IMG/VR virus record: IMGVR_UViG_3300025876_001969
Location: 1,458 to 65,457 of that record
Reading direction: 5' to 3' (one strand)
Length of the DNA stretch: 64,000 nt
Source: a virus
Lineage: Duplodnaviria > Caudoviricetes
The position numbers were made by a program, and so were the translations under genes. A model generated the notes under the pieces. The model was not told the origin of the DNA. It made no database searches and saw nothing but the letters and a program-made list of their open reading frames with translations. Shown in pieces: positions 1-10,781 of this stretch; position 1 is the first letter of the stretch, and the number at the start of each line of letters is the position of its first letter.

Positions 1-426
1 TTCAATCAAATGGGATCGCCATTTGATTTCTCTATAAACAGTAATGGATCTGTGCTTTCTGCGGGGAGGTATAGTTCTTTTGGTGGCGACGGATCTGTAA
101 TAATATATAGATACGCAAATAGTTCTTACTCCAGTGAGATTATATCGGCGGAGAGTACTAATAATATGGTTTTTGGGTACAAGGTAGATTTAGATGATTC
201 AGGTAATTATTGCGTTATATCTGAAAATTATTCGAATATTTCCGACTCGGGTAACGAGCATATTTACGTTTACCATTATAGTGGTGGCCAGTGGAGCAAT
301 ATAGGCAAAGTGTCGGGAGGAGCAATTTCATCATGGGGAAGCACAGAGACAACTAAGGTCGTACTAAGCGGAAATAAAAATGTAGTTGCTGCAATTGTAG
401 GAGGAAAAGTAGTCCACTTTCTTTGA
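1..426 (+). CDS. C-terminal part of a beta-propeller (FG-GAP-like repeat) virion protein, truncated by the window start
   Basis: Frame is open from base 1. Repeats such as 'FGYKVDLDDSGNYCVIS' and 'IYVYHYSGGQWSNIG' resemble those in the 40367 ORF. Confidence 0.55.
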   Translation, partial: FNQMGSPFDFSINSNGSVLSAGRYSSFGGDGSVIIYRYANSSYSSEIISAESTNNMVFGYKVDLDDSGNYCVISENYSNISDSGNEHIYVYHYSGGQWSNIGKVSGGAISSWGSTETTKVVLSGNKNVVAAIVGGKVVHFL

Positions 427-472
427 GTCCAAAAACTATAAAATAACATTTTTTCTTTTAATATAATAATAC

Positions 473-1672
473 ATGAGCAAGCCTTTTTACAGATACGAAG
501 ATGTTCCAGTGTTGCTAGCGACCAAAGGTAGTGAGCCAATTATGGTTTTTGCTAGTTCTGCTGGACTTTCTGCGAGCCAACCGATAGAGGCTAAAAAATT
601 CCTAGAAGACCATAATATATCTTTTGCATTACAGACTGGGGATGTGCATTTTACAGGAGCTTATGAATCTGGCTTTTTGATGGGCCCAAGAAATGGCCCA
701 GGCGTAAAAATGCCTGAATCGGTTGAGACTATACCAAGTGGTTACAAGATAGCGTATCCAGGAGGACAATCTTTATATTTAACCGAAGATTTATCTGCTG
801 GAGATTACTATATTAAGGTGAGGTCTACCGGTGATACATTATTGGATTATGATAGGGATATAGAATACGGAGAAGTCGATGTTTTGAGGAATTATGCGGC
901 ATCAAATGTTGTAAGGGGTGTGTTGAATATTTCCTACTATATGAACACTGGGAATCTTCATACGTTTGCAAACTTGACTGGATTATTGGATCCAAATATT
1001 TACCCACAAATTAATGAAGAGAAAATTACAGGATCATTTGGTGATTATATTTTTGAAGACGCATACTTGAGGGAGTTGAATTTTTCGGCACAACCTTTTC
1101 AACCAATAGAGTCGAGACTAAGCATAGATATATATGGAAAAATGGAATACCGTGAGGGGTTGTCGCAGTCAATACTTGACGATTATGGATGCTTGAAAGA
1201 GAATCAATTTAGCATACCTCACGCAGTCAATACTAAGCTTGTTGGTGCGTCCGGAATTGGCATAAATTACCCGCTTAATTTTGATTATACTATATCGTCA
1301 CAAAGATCCCCAGAGGTGCCGGTCCCATTAAGCGGTAAAATTAGCGAAGATGGAGAGGTGCCAGTTCGGGTCACGAAAGATAACATAGATATCACTATAA
1401 AAATTCAAGGAGAGAAGCTTGATCCATTTCTAAAAATATCAGGACAAAGAGCTAACGTCACAGTTGAGCTTTCTGATATTGGATTCAATAAGGAATTCAC
1501 GGACAATAACGAAGGGTTGATGAATAAATTTTCTCTAGCCGGAAGTTTGATTTATCCTGATATGCCATCTCAAAAGCTAAGGGATTACGGGGTTGTAGAG
1601 GAAGATAATTTAAGCGTTTCAGAGGGTGGCTTTTTAAAGGGCACTGCAACAATAAAGCAGTCTTACAGGTAA
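473..1672 (+). CDS. hypothetical virion/tail protein
   Basis: 399-aa ORF at the head of the tail-tip cluster, coupled to the next gene by TAATG. No motif recognised. Confidence 0.55.
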   Translation: MSKPFYRYEDVPVLLATKGSEPIMVFASSAGLSASQPIEAKKFLEDHNISFALQTGDVHFTGAYESGFLMGPRNGPGVKMPESVETIPSGYKIAYPGGQSLYLTEDLSAGDYYIKVRSTGDTLLDYDRDIEYGEVDVLRNYAASNVVRGVLNISYYMNTGNLHTFANLTGLLDPNIYPQINEEKITGSFGDYIFEDAYLRELNFSAQPFQPIESRLSIDIYGKMEYREGLSQSILDDYGCLKENQFSIPHAVNTKLVGASGIGINYPLNFDYTISSQRSPEVPVPLSGKISEDGEVPVRVTKDNIDITIKIQGEKLDPFLKISGQRANVTVELSDIGFNKEFTDNNEGLMNKFSLAGSLIYPDMPSQKLRDYGVVEEDNLSVSEGGFLKGTATIKQSYR

Positions 1673-4600
1673 TGGATATACCAGCTTCATTATGGAATAC
1701 TGGAAGGCGGTATAAGAAAGACGATATAGTTCAAATCGCAAACTTGGCCCTTCCTGGTGATGAATATAGGGACAAGGATGGAGATCTAGTTCAACCTATC
1801 ACTACTAATGATTATCTTCAATTACAAACAGATAAAGAGTACGTAATATCTGCAGATGTCTTGAGCGAGGTAGATGTAATAGATAGCCAAGAAGTTACCA
1901 TAGGTACATATTTTAATATCAACAAAAACCTGAATTACTCGATAGGATGTATGGTTAAGAAATTAACCGAATCGTCTTCAACCATAGATGACCAGAAAAC
2001 ATATATTACTCAACCATCTGAGGGAGTTGTTGATTTGGATAGTTCTATAGGCGTAGGAATAGGTGTTAAATTCCTAGACAGTCTTGGAGAGAAAATAAAA
2101 GTTTCAAATCTTAGGGATAATCACAGGTTAATGGCTGGTAGCGAGCTTAATGATAGTGAGTATTATAACGTATTGTTAGATATAGAGGCAAGTTCAATAC
2201 CTGATGGTGCGGTTGGCGCATATTTATTTGTATTTGTGTACGGTATGAGGTCTGGTGGTTTTATGTTCAAGAAGCCTTTTGCATCTAATTTGGGTAGGTT
2301 TTTTTATTGCATTGAGGATCATGATTCTGGTTTTGGGAAAGAGCCAAATTCAGAAGTAGGTTCAAGGTATTGGACTCAAGATTTTGTATGGAGACCTTCT
2401 TATGGGTCAAAGTCAGATTTTGTAGCTATAAATGATGAGTTAAAGATGGGAGAGGGTAAGAATTATGTAACTAGCATGGCCATAAATTCTTTACCAATGG
2501 AATTGACTTTGAACTTTAATAATAGAACAGATTCTGAAACTAAAGCCATAGTTCATTTTTTACAAGAAAAGTCATTTGCTTATAATTCAATTTTTAGTTT
2601 AGATTATAAAGGTAATAGATTATTGTCAAGCGATGTAGCTTCTTTTAATTTTAAATATAGTTACCCCTATAAGGATGATTTAAAGTATACTTGTACTGAA
2701 TTTGATCATTCGATAGTTTATAGAAATAAAAACAATATCAAGGCTAAATTCGTATGCAATACTGAGAGCACTTTGGCTAGCTTCGAGAGTCACGCTGGAT
2801 ACAACAAAAGAGTTGACGCTTTGATACCTATATTTATAGACGAAGTAACTCACTTTAAAAAAGGAGAGCAAATAAGCTTAAATACATTCACTCTCGAGGG
2901 GGACGATGGAGCAAAGAAAATAGAGCCAAGTAATATATTAAGAGTAAAAAGATACGACGAACCGGGAGAACTTACAAAAGGTTTAATAATATGTAAAGAG
3001 CCAGAAAAGTTCGAGGAAGGGGATTGTGTTTTTGTAAAAGTAAAAGATCCAGAAAACTCTATATACAATGTAGGGAAAACAAAAATATATAAAAAAATAT
3101 CTCAAACTGAATTTGTTTTTCACCCGTTATTGGAAGAGGGGTCATATGAAGACGTGGTAAATTTAAGGGCTACATCTTCGGCTGGAGAAAATACTTCAGC
3201 GCAATGGTTCGATGAGGATGTCAGTAACCAATTGAAGATAAGAGAAGAAGATATTGTTTTTGATAATGTATCAATAGTCAGAATGGCTGTGTGCCCTGAG
3301 GATTGTGCAGACAGTAAGGTTTTGATGCCAGAGGGAGTGTCTATTATACCTGCAACTAGCGAAGATCCGGCAACCGGAGAAAGCAGAAAGAGGCAAGTAT
3401 ATTTAAAAAACTACAGAAGGCTACAAATAGACTCAGAGATCACTGCGGAGACTCAAACTGTTAAGTTTACTCCTATGGAGAATTTTACACTGGAAGCAAA
3501 GGATGACTTCTGGCTGCTTATTTCTGCTGTTCAAGGCAGGAGCAGCTTATACATAAAAGATCCAGACGAAATTCCAAAATACCCTTGGTTAGAAGTTAGA
3601 ACCTTTGATCACAAGCCAAGTTTAAATTTCAACATAAATCACACTCCAGAAAATATACAAACAAGTTTCCTTAAATACTACAATAAGAAATATAAGAAAG
3701 AATTAAATTCTAATCTATCTACATTTAATGTAGTTTTTGATAAAAGGAGCGATCAGGAGGCTGCCGAAATATTGCAGTTCCTTGAGAGTCATCTTGGGCA
3801 CAAGAAATTTAGGTTTCAAATGCCTAGGCCATATTTAAAAGATACAAGCGCGACGACTTCTCCGAGTAGACCTTTCATTTCAACTTTTTATTGTCCTAGC
3901 TGGGGGCACGATATAGTTTACAAGAATAATCATAGTATTACGGCAACCTTCATAGAGTCCACAACCTCAATAGAAGAAGATTTACGTAATGTTTTTGGCA
4001 TAGGCAGGGAAGAGCAGAAGCCTTGCTATGGAGCTGAGCTTTTTGACCCTGTTACTAAATTTGAATTATGCACCTTTTCTTCGATATTGCAGGCCACAAA
4101 TGGAATTGGATTCCAGGTAGTAGAAGGTGAGAACGAGCAATTGATCGGAAAGCCTAAAGCTGTTGATTTAGTTTTTATAGTTGATACGACGGGCAGTATG
4201 ACTAACCAGAGTATAGAGACGAATGGAGTCACTAAAACAAAGTATCAGGTATGTATAGATATACTTTTGAAAATGATAACAGCTCACGATAGCTATATCA
4301 TGCCTGGAACCGAATCATATAATGGTGAATTTAACACTCCAGCATTAAGCTTTGGTTCGAATAGTGGTGATGACACTATACCTCCATGGCCAGCAGATAA
4401 TGAAGTCTTGAATAGCTTGTTACCTAAACTTTACGATCCGCTAAAGGAATTGCGAGATTCTCTTGAAAATGAGGGTTATAATTTAGAAAACCTAGATAGA
4501 TTTAAAATAAAAATAGACCAAAAAAGAGTAAATCTTGGTTTTATACTGATGGCAGATCCTAGGCAGGTGATACAGGACGTATCAGATTACCCTAATTCAT

Positions 4601-6459
4601 TCGACAAGGTGCAGTCTTATAAAAGTATAAACGTAAAAGATCCACAAAGCGTACTAAAAGAAGATTCGCCTAGAGCAGTTAGTCAGGCTTTGGCTCAATT
4701 TTATAATAGTCCACGAGCTGAACATGTGACAGATAGAATAGTTATAATGCTAAGCGATGGAGTTTTTACTAGCGATGATGCGGCTATGCCAGGAACTAAT
4801 TACGATCAGTTTTATAGTCAATACACTCTTGACATGTGCGCTCAATTAAGAAAAGGTGGAGATTTGGCGGTTAGAAGACCATCTGACGAGGTGCTCAAGA
4901 AGTATGGATACGGAAGTCAGACGCCTTTTAATAAGCTAGAGAATTATAAAACAAAAGAAAAAGATGGGGGGGTATCTCAATACAATAACCCAGACCTTGA
5001 AAAAGAAAACCCTGTCTGGTACAATGAAGAAATGCCGACGGTATTTATGTTTGCCAGAGTGGGTATACCTGGCCAATTATCAACTTACGCTCCAAACTAT
5101 GTTTATGATTATGATAAACCGGCGCCGTATTTAGAGCCACCAAGCAAGACTCCTCAATTCTTTTTTCCAATAACGCAGGCGGGCGACTTGAATGGCGAAG
5201 TAACTAGAATGATGGACCTAATAAAAATTGTAGAAATGCTCACCAATGATAATGGTTATCAAAACGTGTTCTCAATAGTGTTATATAATTGCGGGCCTCA
5301 TGATGTGCAACTTAAGAATACACTAGTAAACATAAAAGGCCAAGCTGGCCCGCTAAAATATACAACCGAAATCTTAAAGGAAGGAATACCTAAGGGTGGT
5401 AACGTTCGTGACTTAAGTTATACCCAACCATACCAAAGTAAAGCATTAATAAATCAAGGTTATGGTGGTCAATATTATGGAGATCTAAATAATCAGGATT
5501 TATTTTCAGACGAATCAAGAGATTCAAATATATTGTGGTCTTCATTTAATACGAAGTACGAAGTATCTAGGGAAGGGTTTATTGAAAATATAAATGGAGG
5601 TTGGGCTGAGAATTCAACACTAAGTGAGGGAGTAAAGAATGTGGGTGTCGCTTTCAAGGGAATGCCTATAAGGGTATTTAAGGCGGATTCAGGTTTGGAA
5701 ATAACGGACTATAACATAGGCAATGTTCACGCTGGCAACCAATACAGAGGCGATTATTCACACTTGCCGGTGATTAAACCTGGGGAGAAACTTGATTTGT
5801 TTTTTGGAATAAAAACTAACAAGCTGAGCGATTTTTCTGAGAACGTGCAATTATTAATAAATTCAGACGATGGAACGATGAGGCAGATGGACTGTTATGC
5901 TAATTATGAGTTCGACATACTCATTCCATCAAGCAAAGAGATTGTAGGTGATACCAAAACCGAAGACAAGGGTCCAAAGAATTGCCAGAGTGTATGGATG
6001 AATTCAAATCTTGTTATAGATCATCCAGAATATGGAAAAGTTTCTTTTGATAGCAGCCCTAAGTTGCCCATCGCCCCAACATACAACCCTTGGGCTTTAA
6101 GGAATTTCGCAGACAAGCCGCCGACATCAGGGGGTAATTCTTTCAAGATGTGCAACATAGCTTCAGCTCAAACATATACATTTTCTCAACCAATAAGAAA
6201 TCCTCTTTTGGCTGTTTATAGTTTGGGGAACCCTGGTTTAAGCGTGACCATAAAAACAAGTACCAAAGTTATCGATTATTCGGGAGGAGCAAAATCAGCT
6301 GACCATTCTACTATAGTTGTTGATACAGACTTTAGCTTCAAGGGGCCAGAGGCTTTTGGAGTCCTTCAGTTTCCAGGAGAACATACAAGTATAACTTTAA
6401 CGCCAAACACCGCTGAGTGTTACTATAGTCTCGTATGGGGGTTGCAATATTGCCCATGA
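1672..6459 (+). CDS. large tail protein: CBM-like insert + two lambda gpM-like (minor tail) domains + von Willebrand A domain
   Basis: Two gpM-like units ('FVWRPSYGS..LTLNFNNRTDSETKAIVHFL', 'FDHKPS..FNVVFDKRSDQEAAEILQFLESHLGHKKFRF'). vWA MIDAS 'VDLVFIVDTTGSM' and 'IVIMLSDG'. Lies upstream of L-K-I/J. Confidence 0.75.
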   Translation: MDIPASLWNTGRRYKKDDIVQIANLALPGDEYRDKDGDLVQPITTNDYLQLQTDKEYVISADVLSEVDVIDSQEVTIGTYFNINKNLNYSIGCMVKKLTESSSTIDDQKTYITQPSEGVVDLDSSIGVGIGVKFLDSLGEKIKVSNLRDNHRLMAGSELNDSEYYNVLLDIEASSIPDGAVGAYLFVFVYGMRSGGFMFKKPFASNLGRFFYCIEDHDSGFGKEPNSEVGSRYWTQDFVWRPSYGSKSDFVAINDELKMGEGKNYVTSMAINSLPMELTLNFNNRTDSETKAIVHFLQEKSFAYNSIFSLDYKGNRLLSSDVASFNFKYSYPYKDDLKYTCTEFDHSIVYRNKNNIKAKFVCNTESTLASFESHAGYNKRVDALIPIFIDEVTHFKKGEQISLNTFTLEGDDGAKKIEPSNILRVKRYDEPGELTKGLIICKEPEKFEEGDCVFVKVKDPENSIYNVGKTKIYKKISQTEFVFHPLLEEGSYEDVVNLRATSSAGENTSAQWFDEDVSNQLKIREEDIVFDNVSIVRMAVCPEDCADSKVLMPEGVSIIPATSEDPATGESRKRQVYLKNYRRLQIDSEITAETQTVKFTPMENFTLEAKDDFWLLISAVQGRSSLYIKDPDEIPKYPWLEVRTFDHKPSLNFNINHTPENIQTSFLKYYNKKYKKELNSNLSTFNVVFDKRSDQEAAEILQFLESHLGHKKFRFQMPRPYLKDTSATTSPSRPFISTFYCPSWGHDIVYKNNHSITATFIESTTSIEEDLRNVFGIGREEQKPCYGAELFDPVTKFELCTFSSILQATNGIGFQVVEGENEQLIGKPKAVDLVFIVDTTGSMTNQSIETNGVTKTKYQVCIDILLKMITAHDSYIMPGTESYNGEFNTPALSFGSNSGDDTIPPWPADNEVLNSLLPKLYDPLKELRDSLENEGYNLENLDRFKIKIDQKRVNLGFILMADPRQVIQDVSDYPNSFDKVQSYKSINVKDPQSVLKEDSPRAVSQALAQFYNSPRAEHVTDRIVIMLSDGVFTSDDAAMPGTNYDQFYSQYTLDMCAQLRKGGDLAVRRPSDEVLKKYGYGSQTPFNKLENYKTKEKDGGVSQYNNPDLEKENPVWYNEEMPTVFMFARVGIPGQLSTYAPNYVYDYDKPAPYLEPPSKTPQFFFPITQAGDLNGEVTRMMDLIKIVEMLTNDNGYQNVFSIVLYNCGPHDVQLKNTLVNIKGQAGPLKYTTEILKEGIPKGGNVRDLSYTQPYQSKALINQGYGGQYYGDLNNQDLFSDESRDSNILWSSFNTKYEVSREGFIENINGGWAENSTLSEGVKNVGVAFKGMPIRVFKADSGLEITDYNIGNVHAGNQYRGDYSHLPVIKPGEKLDLFFGIKTNKLSDFSENVQLLINSDDGTMRQMDCYANYEFDILIPSSKEIVGDTKTEDKGPKNCQSVWMNSNLVIDHPEYGKVSFDSSPKLPIAPTYNPWALRNFADKPPTSGGNSFKMCNIASAQTYTFSQPIRNPLLAVYSLGNPGLSVTIKTSTKVIDYSGGAKSADHSTIVVDTDFSFKGPEAFGVLQFPGEHTSITLTPNTAECYYSLVWGLQYCP

Positions 6460-7835
6460 GTTTTATAACTGAACAATCTGGGGTATGTCTCTCTCCTTCC
6501 GGTGGAACTGTCTATGCTGCATGCAATTGGTTTATCGATGAATATGGGCAGCGGTATTTGAATACGGAGGAGAGCAAGAGAATACTTCCAGAAGGGAATT
6601 GTTTACCGATTACTAATTTTGATTGTGACTCTAGTAGGAAAACGGTTGATAGTGGTAAGTTTGTATCAATTGTAAATACGTGCAGCTTGCCAATAACTAT
6701 TACTGGTTTTAGAAATTCAGACCCCGAAAGGTTTTCTATATTGAGGTACCCTGAATATGCCGGATTTTCTGAATACACAACGGGGAACACTGAAGAATTA
6801 CCTTTTACTGTTGAGCCCTTTCAGAGAAAAGTGGTTAATGCATTTTTTCATCCATTAATATCTGAACTTACAAGTGGGACTCCTGGAAAGTTAGAGAATA
6901 GAAATGGAGATAAATTTAGAGCAAAAATAGATATTCTTCCTGGATTCGAAGTCTTGAACTGTCAGAAGGAAAACTTTGTTTCTGTGCTTTGGTGGGATGG
7001 ATCATGTGGCGGAGGTGGAGATAACTTAATACTAATGGATCAACCAATCGAGAGTTCTGGCCAATGGTTTGAGCCATCAGGGTTAGATTCATATATAGTA
7101 AGGACTGGAATATATTACCCAGAACAAGAAGCCGCTCAATATTTTGATCATACAGGACAAGACGTAACATTAACGGAAGACTATGAGCTTCCATCAAACT
7201 ATTGTTCCGCATCGTTTAAGCTTGAAGCTGAGTTTTTGTGCGAAGCCGTTGATAGGAAATTTTTAAACAATGATGACAACTTCATAGAGCCAGACTTGTC
7301 GATAATCAAAAAAATACAAAACCAATACTCATTAAGTAAGAAAAAAACGATAGAGCTAAATATAGCAAACAATACCTCTGTGCAGAATATTTTTACAGGA
7401 CTTAGGGATTGCTCTGTGGCTTACGCTTCAATGCTGAACAACATGAATCCAATTTGGCACGAAGCTTATGGAGATGTTGGGATATCTGGATCTCTTGGCG
7501 CTTTTCATTCTTTGGTTGATGGGCTAATCAGAGCGGGGCAAGACGGTGATATTAATAATTTAATTATGTCAACTTTACCTCCAACGAATATAAATTATGG
7601 TGACGCCGAGATTCAAGTATCTTACACGAGTAATAATACAGGACAAGTGGAACTAGATGGATACCTATGGACAGGCATGGTCATAGAGAATAAGTCGGTG
7701 AAAAATGCTGGAGACTTGACAAATCAAGCGGTGTTTTTTAATGCCCAGGTAATTTCGGGACCTCAAGAAGATGTCAGAATGTTTATAGTTGATAGCGGCG
7801 ATTTTAATCTATACCCAATGAAAGAAAAAATATGA
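6456..7835 (+). CDS. hypothetical tail-associated protein, possible Ig-like domain
   Basis: The ORF track starts it at 6435, but ATG 6456 gives an ATGA overlap with the upstream stop. 'VSIVNTCSLPITITG..LPFTVEP' is Ig-like. Confidence 0.55.
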   Translation: MSFITEQSGVCLSPSGGTVYAACNWFIDEYGQRYLNTEESKRILPEGNCLPITNFDCDSSRKTVDSGKFVSIVNTCSLPITITGFRNSDPERFSILRYPEYAGFSEYTTGNTEELPFTVEPFQRKVVNAFFHPLISELTSGTPGKLENRNGDKFRAKIDILPGFEVLNCQKENFVSVLWWDGSCGGGGDNLILMDQPIESSGQWFEPSGLDSYIVRTGIYYPEQEAAQYFDHTGQDVTLTEDYELPSNYCSASFKLEAEFLCEAVDRKFLNNDDNFIEPDLSIIKKIQNQYSLSKKKTIELNIANNTSVQNIFTGLRDCSVAYASMLNNMNPIWHEAYGDVGISGSLGAFHSLVDGLIRAGQDGDINNLIMSTLPPTNINYGDAEIQVSYTSNNTGQVELDGYLWTGMVIENKSVKNAGDLTNQAVFFNAQVISGPQEDVRMFIVDSGDFNLYPMKEKI

Positions 7836-8977
7836 GTATATATAATATGTCATCGGGAGATAGTGACCCAAATAATGATTTTTTGAGAATGCATATAGCT
7901 ATGGATGCAGATTCAAGTTCAACTATCACAATTTTCAATAGCGGCAATGCAGGGGTCGTTAAATATAGTACAAATTCTGATTACGCATGGAAGGTCGAGA
8001 GAATTAAATACATATCAGAAGACACAAGAGCATTAAAAGCTTCAGAGAATCAAAGGGTTGGGTACCCTGAATCTATATCCTGGATCCCTGGTTCGTTGAT
8101 ATCGCCGCTATCGAGCTCGGAGGAAGTGAAGGTTGGTGGCCTGAAATCATTTACAAGTAAGGATGACTTAAATGGAGCGCAATATCTAAAATCAGGACAC
8201 CTAGTACTAGAAGAACACTATGAAGAACAATGGAGCCCGCAGGGTATAATTCAAGTATCAAATGTTTATTCGGAGTACGGAAACATGCCGTTTGTTGACA
8301 TAGAGAATAAAGATATAGAGTCCACAGGTGTTATAAATTTATATTCATCCTCTCTAAAGGGTTGCATTTTTAGCATCGACATAAAGAGGAATTTCATAAG
8401 TGGAGAGGCTAATGAGGCGGGCAGTATACTTCTATCAGATCAGATTGATACAAAATCAAGTAGCTCAGTAAGAAAAAACGATACAATCAGCGAGTGGAAT
8501 AGTATATTTGAAATAAATAAAAACTGCAACGCTGACTCTATATTTAAAAACGGAAAAAATAGAGACGAAGTGTTTGCAGAAGAATTAAAGTCATACCTAG
8601 ATGACACTTGGCACAACAAGCTAAAGAGAAACTTGTGGGGGGATTATATAGATAATGAAAATATAGAATTAAGCTCAAGAGATCCGGAAACGCTAAAGAA
8701 TCATATATTTTATTGTTTTTATTATTTTGGAGCTTCTGATGATATAAATATACTTTCTAATGCCAGTTTTTATGCTAATGAGGGGTTGAGTTGGTATATC
8801 GGTCTTGGTGGTAAAAGTTTATTCTCAGACAACATAAGGTCAATGAAAACTGAGTTGAGTTACCTCCCAGTCATATCCAAAACTAAAAAAGTAACAAAAG
8901 TTTATGGCTTGCCACCTAGAACAACTTATTCATATAATTTACAAAACAATATTAATATTGCTGATTTTATTGATTGA
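7832..8977 (+). CDS. hypothetical protein in tail cluster
   Basis: 381-aa ORF with an ATGA overlap to the previous gene. Confidence 0.55.
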   Translation: MSIYNMSSGDSDPNNDFLRMHIAMDADSSSTITIFNSGNAGVVKYSTNSDYAWKVERIKYISEDTRALKASENQRVGYPESISWIPGSLISPLSSSEEVKVGGLKSFTSKDDLNGAQYLKSGHLVLEEHYEEQWSPQGIIQVSNVYSEYGNMPFVDIENKDIESTGVINLYSSSLKGCIFSIDIKRNFISGEANEAGSILLSDQIDTKSSSSVRKNDTISEWNSIFEINKNCNADSIFKNGKNRDEVFAEELKSYLDDTWHNKLKRNLWGDYIDNENIELSSRDPETLKNHIFYCFYYFGASDDINILSNASFYANEGLSWYIGLGGKSLFSDNIRSMKTELSYLPVISKTKKVTKVYGLPPRTTYSYNLQNNINIADFID

Positions 8978-8998
8978 TTAATTTATAATATATATATC

Positions 8999-10048
8999 AT
9001 GAGTAATACAGAAAAGAATATTAAAACTTTATTTGAATTGGATCCTTCTGCTATTATATGTTTGTATAGAATAAACTTAAGAGAGAAGGGTCAGTATTTA
9101 TTTCATGCTGGAGAAAATGGATATAAAAATAAACTAGTATTCAATAGCCAAGAGTACGATTTTTTTCCTATAAAGGTTGATGGATTTGAAACTCCGGGAG
9201 ACGGAAGGCTTCCTAGACCAAAGATGACGTTTACCAATCACCAAGGAGTAATTTCTTTGCGGCTTAATTATTTTGACGATTTTATTAATTATAAGGTTAC
9301 TAGGGTAAAGACGTTTGTTAAGTATTTAGATGCAGTTAATTTTCCCCATGGTGTTAATCCTCACGCCGAGCCTGATCCTGATGCGGCTTTTGGAGAGGAT
9401 GTTTTCTTTGTTAATCAGAAAACAAAAGAAGATGATAATATAGTGGAATTTGAACTTGTATCCCTGCTCGAGTTAGAGAATGCAAATGTTCCAGCTCGAA
9501 CAATTTATTCCAACAACTGCCCGTGGAACTACAGGGGCGCAATTGGCTGCGGTTATAACGGAAAACCTATATCGGACGCGAAGAATAAGAGGTTTGTGCC
9601 GAGCGGATATCATCCTGTAAAAATAGGCGATAAGTTTTTACCAGGTGGAGCGGTTGGAGCTGATGTTTATTTTGAAGACGAGTTTCAAGGTGAGGAGTTT
9701 GCTAAAGCGGAAGGTGACGAAAGTTATCAAGATTGGCTTATAACAGAAACATATCAAAAGGGTGATGTTGTCAAAGTGGTTCCATACGATAACGACTCAG
9801 ACCTTAATCCAATAGATATATATGTATGTTTGAATAATGAAGTTAGATCTAACCCTATACATGACTCAGAAAACTGGGCCCTAGATGATTGCGATAGAAC
9901 ATTGTGCGGTTGTAGGTTGAGATTCTCAGATTTAGCTACAGGGGCCGGAGGCGGATCAAGATCCTCTAATGAGGGGCTGCACGTAGAGTCAAAAGATGGA
10001 CTTCCGTTTGGAGGTTTCCCTGGAGTTGACCCTTATGAATTTAAGTAA
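8999..10048 (+). CDS. lambda gpL-like minor tail protein (Cys4, Fe-S binding in lambda)
   Basis: 'GRLPRPKMT', 'VTRVKTFVKYLDAVNF', 'VEFELVS', 'CPWNYRG..C', 'DDCDRTLCGCRLRF', 'LPFGGFPG'. Confidence 0.9.
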   Translation: MSNTEKNIKTLFELDPSAIICLYRINLREKGQYLFHAGENGYKNKLVFNSQEYDFFPIKVDGFETPGDGRLPRPKMTFTNHQGVISLRLNYFDDFINYKVTRVKTFVKYLDAVNFPHGVNPHAEPDPDAAFGEDVFFVNQKTKEDDNIVEFELVSLLELENANVPARTIYSNNCPWNYRGAIGCGYNGKPISDAKNKRFVPSGYHPVKIGDKFLPGGAVGADVYFEDEFQGEEFAKAEGDESYQDWLITETYQKGDVVKVVPYDNDSDLNPIDIYVCLNNEVRSNPIHDSENWALDDCDRTLCGCRLRFSDLATGAGGGSRSSNEGLHVESKDGLPFGGFPGVDPYEFK

Positions 10049-10762
10049 ATGTTTGAAGAAAGTATCATAGTTCATGCAGAAGGTAACCCAGAAGAAGAGG
10101 TGTGCGGATTTGTTTTGCTTCATAAAGATTTAACTGTATCAGTTGAGCCCGCAATAAATGAACATTCGGCGCCAAGAGATTGCTTTACGATATCGCCAAA
10201 AAGCTTCATAAAACATTCTATAGACAAAACAATAGTAGGAATATACCACTCTCATCCAAGGAGCAACGAGAGGCCTTCTCCGCCAGATATAGCTATGTCT
10301 GAGGAAATGGGTATTCCTTATTTAATCTACAGCGTAATAACCAAGAAGTTTTTTCTTTATTACCCCGAAAGCTATGAGCCAGAAAAGCTTACTGGAAAAC
10401 CCTACATCAAGGGTTTCTTTGAATGCACCTGTTTACTTAAAGACTATTTCAAAAAAGAACTAAACATAAACATATCCAAATGGAATGAAAACTATTGGCT
10501 TCCAAAAGAAGATAAAGATGCGAATAAACTATTAATAAATATATTAAATAAGAATTTAAATAAAATAGAGGATAAAAAAATACAAAAACATGATGTAATA
10601 GTGTTTAAGGTTGGGCGTAATGATAGGTGTCACGTTGGTGTATATTGCGGTGATGATTATTTCATACATCAGGCTGATAAAATTTTATCAAGAAAGGAAT
10701 TACTTGATCACCGTTGGCAAGCAAAAATAAAAGAAGTGTACAGGCACTCATCGTTAGTGTAA
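10049..10762 (+). CDS. lambda gpK-like tail assembly protein (JAB/MPN + NlpC/P60)
   Basis: 'EEVCG', JAMM motif 'HSHP..PSPPD', then NlpC 'ECTCLLKDY..HVGVYCGDDYFIH'. Confidence 0.9.
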   Translation: MFEESIIVHAEGNPEEEVCGFVLLHKDLTVSVEPAINEHSAPRDCFTISPKSFIKHSIDKTIVGIYHSHPRSNERPSPPDIAMSEEMGIPYLIYSVITKKFFLYYPESYEPEKLTGKPYIKGFFECTCLLKDYFKKELNINISKWNENYWLPKEDKDANKLLINILNKNLNKIEDKKIQKHDVIVFKVGRNDRCHVGVYCGDDYFIHQADKILSRKELLDHRWQAKIKEVYRHSSLV

Positions 10763-10781
10763 ATATACACAAGGAAAAAGG

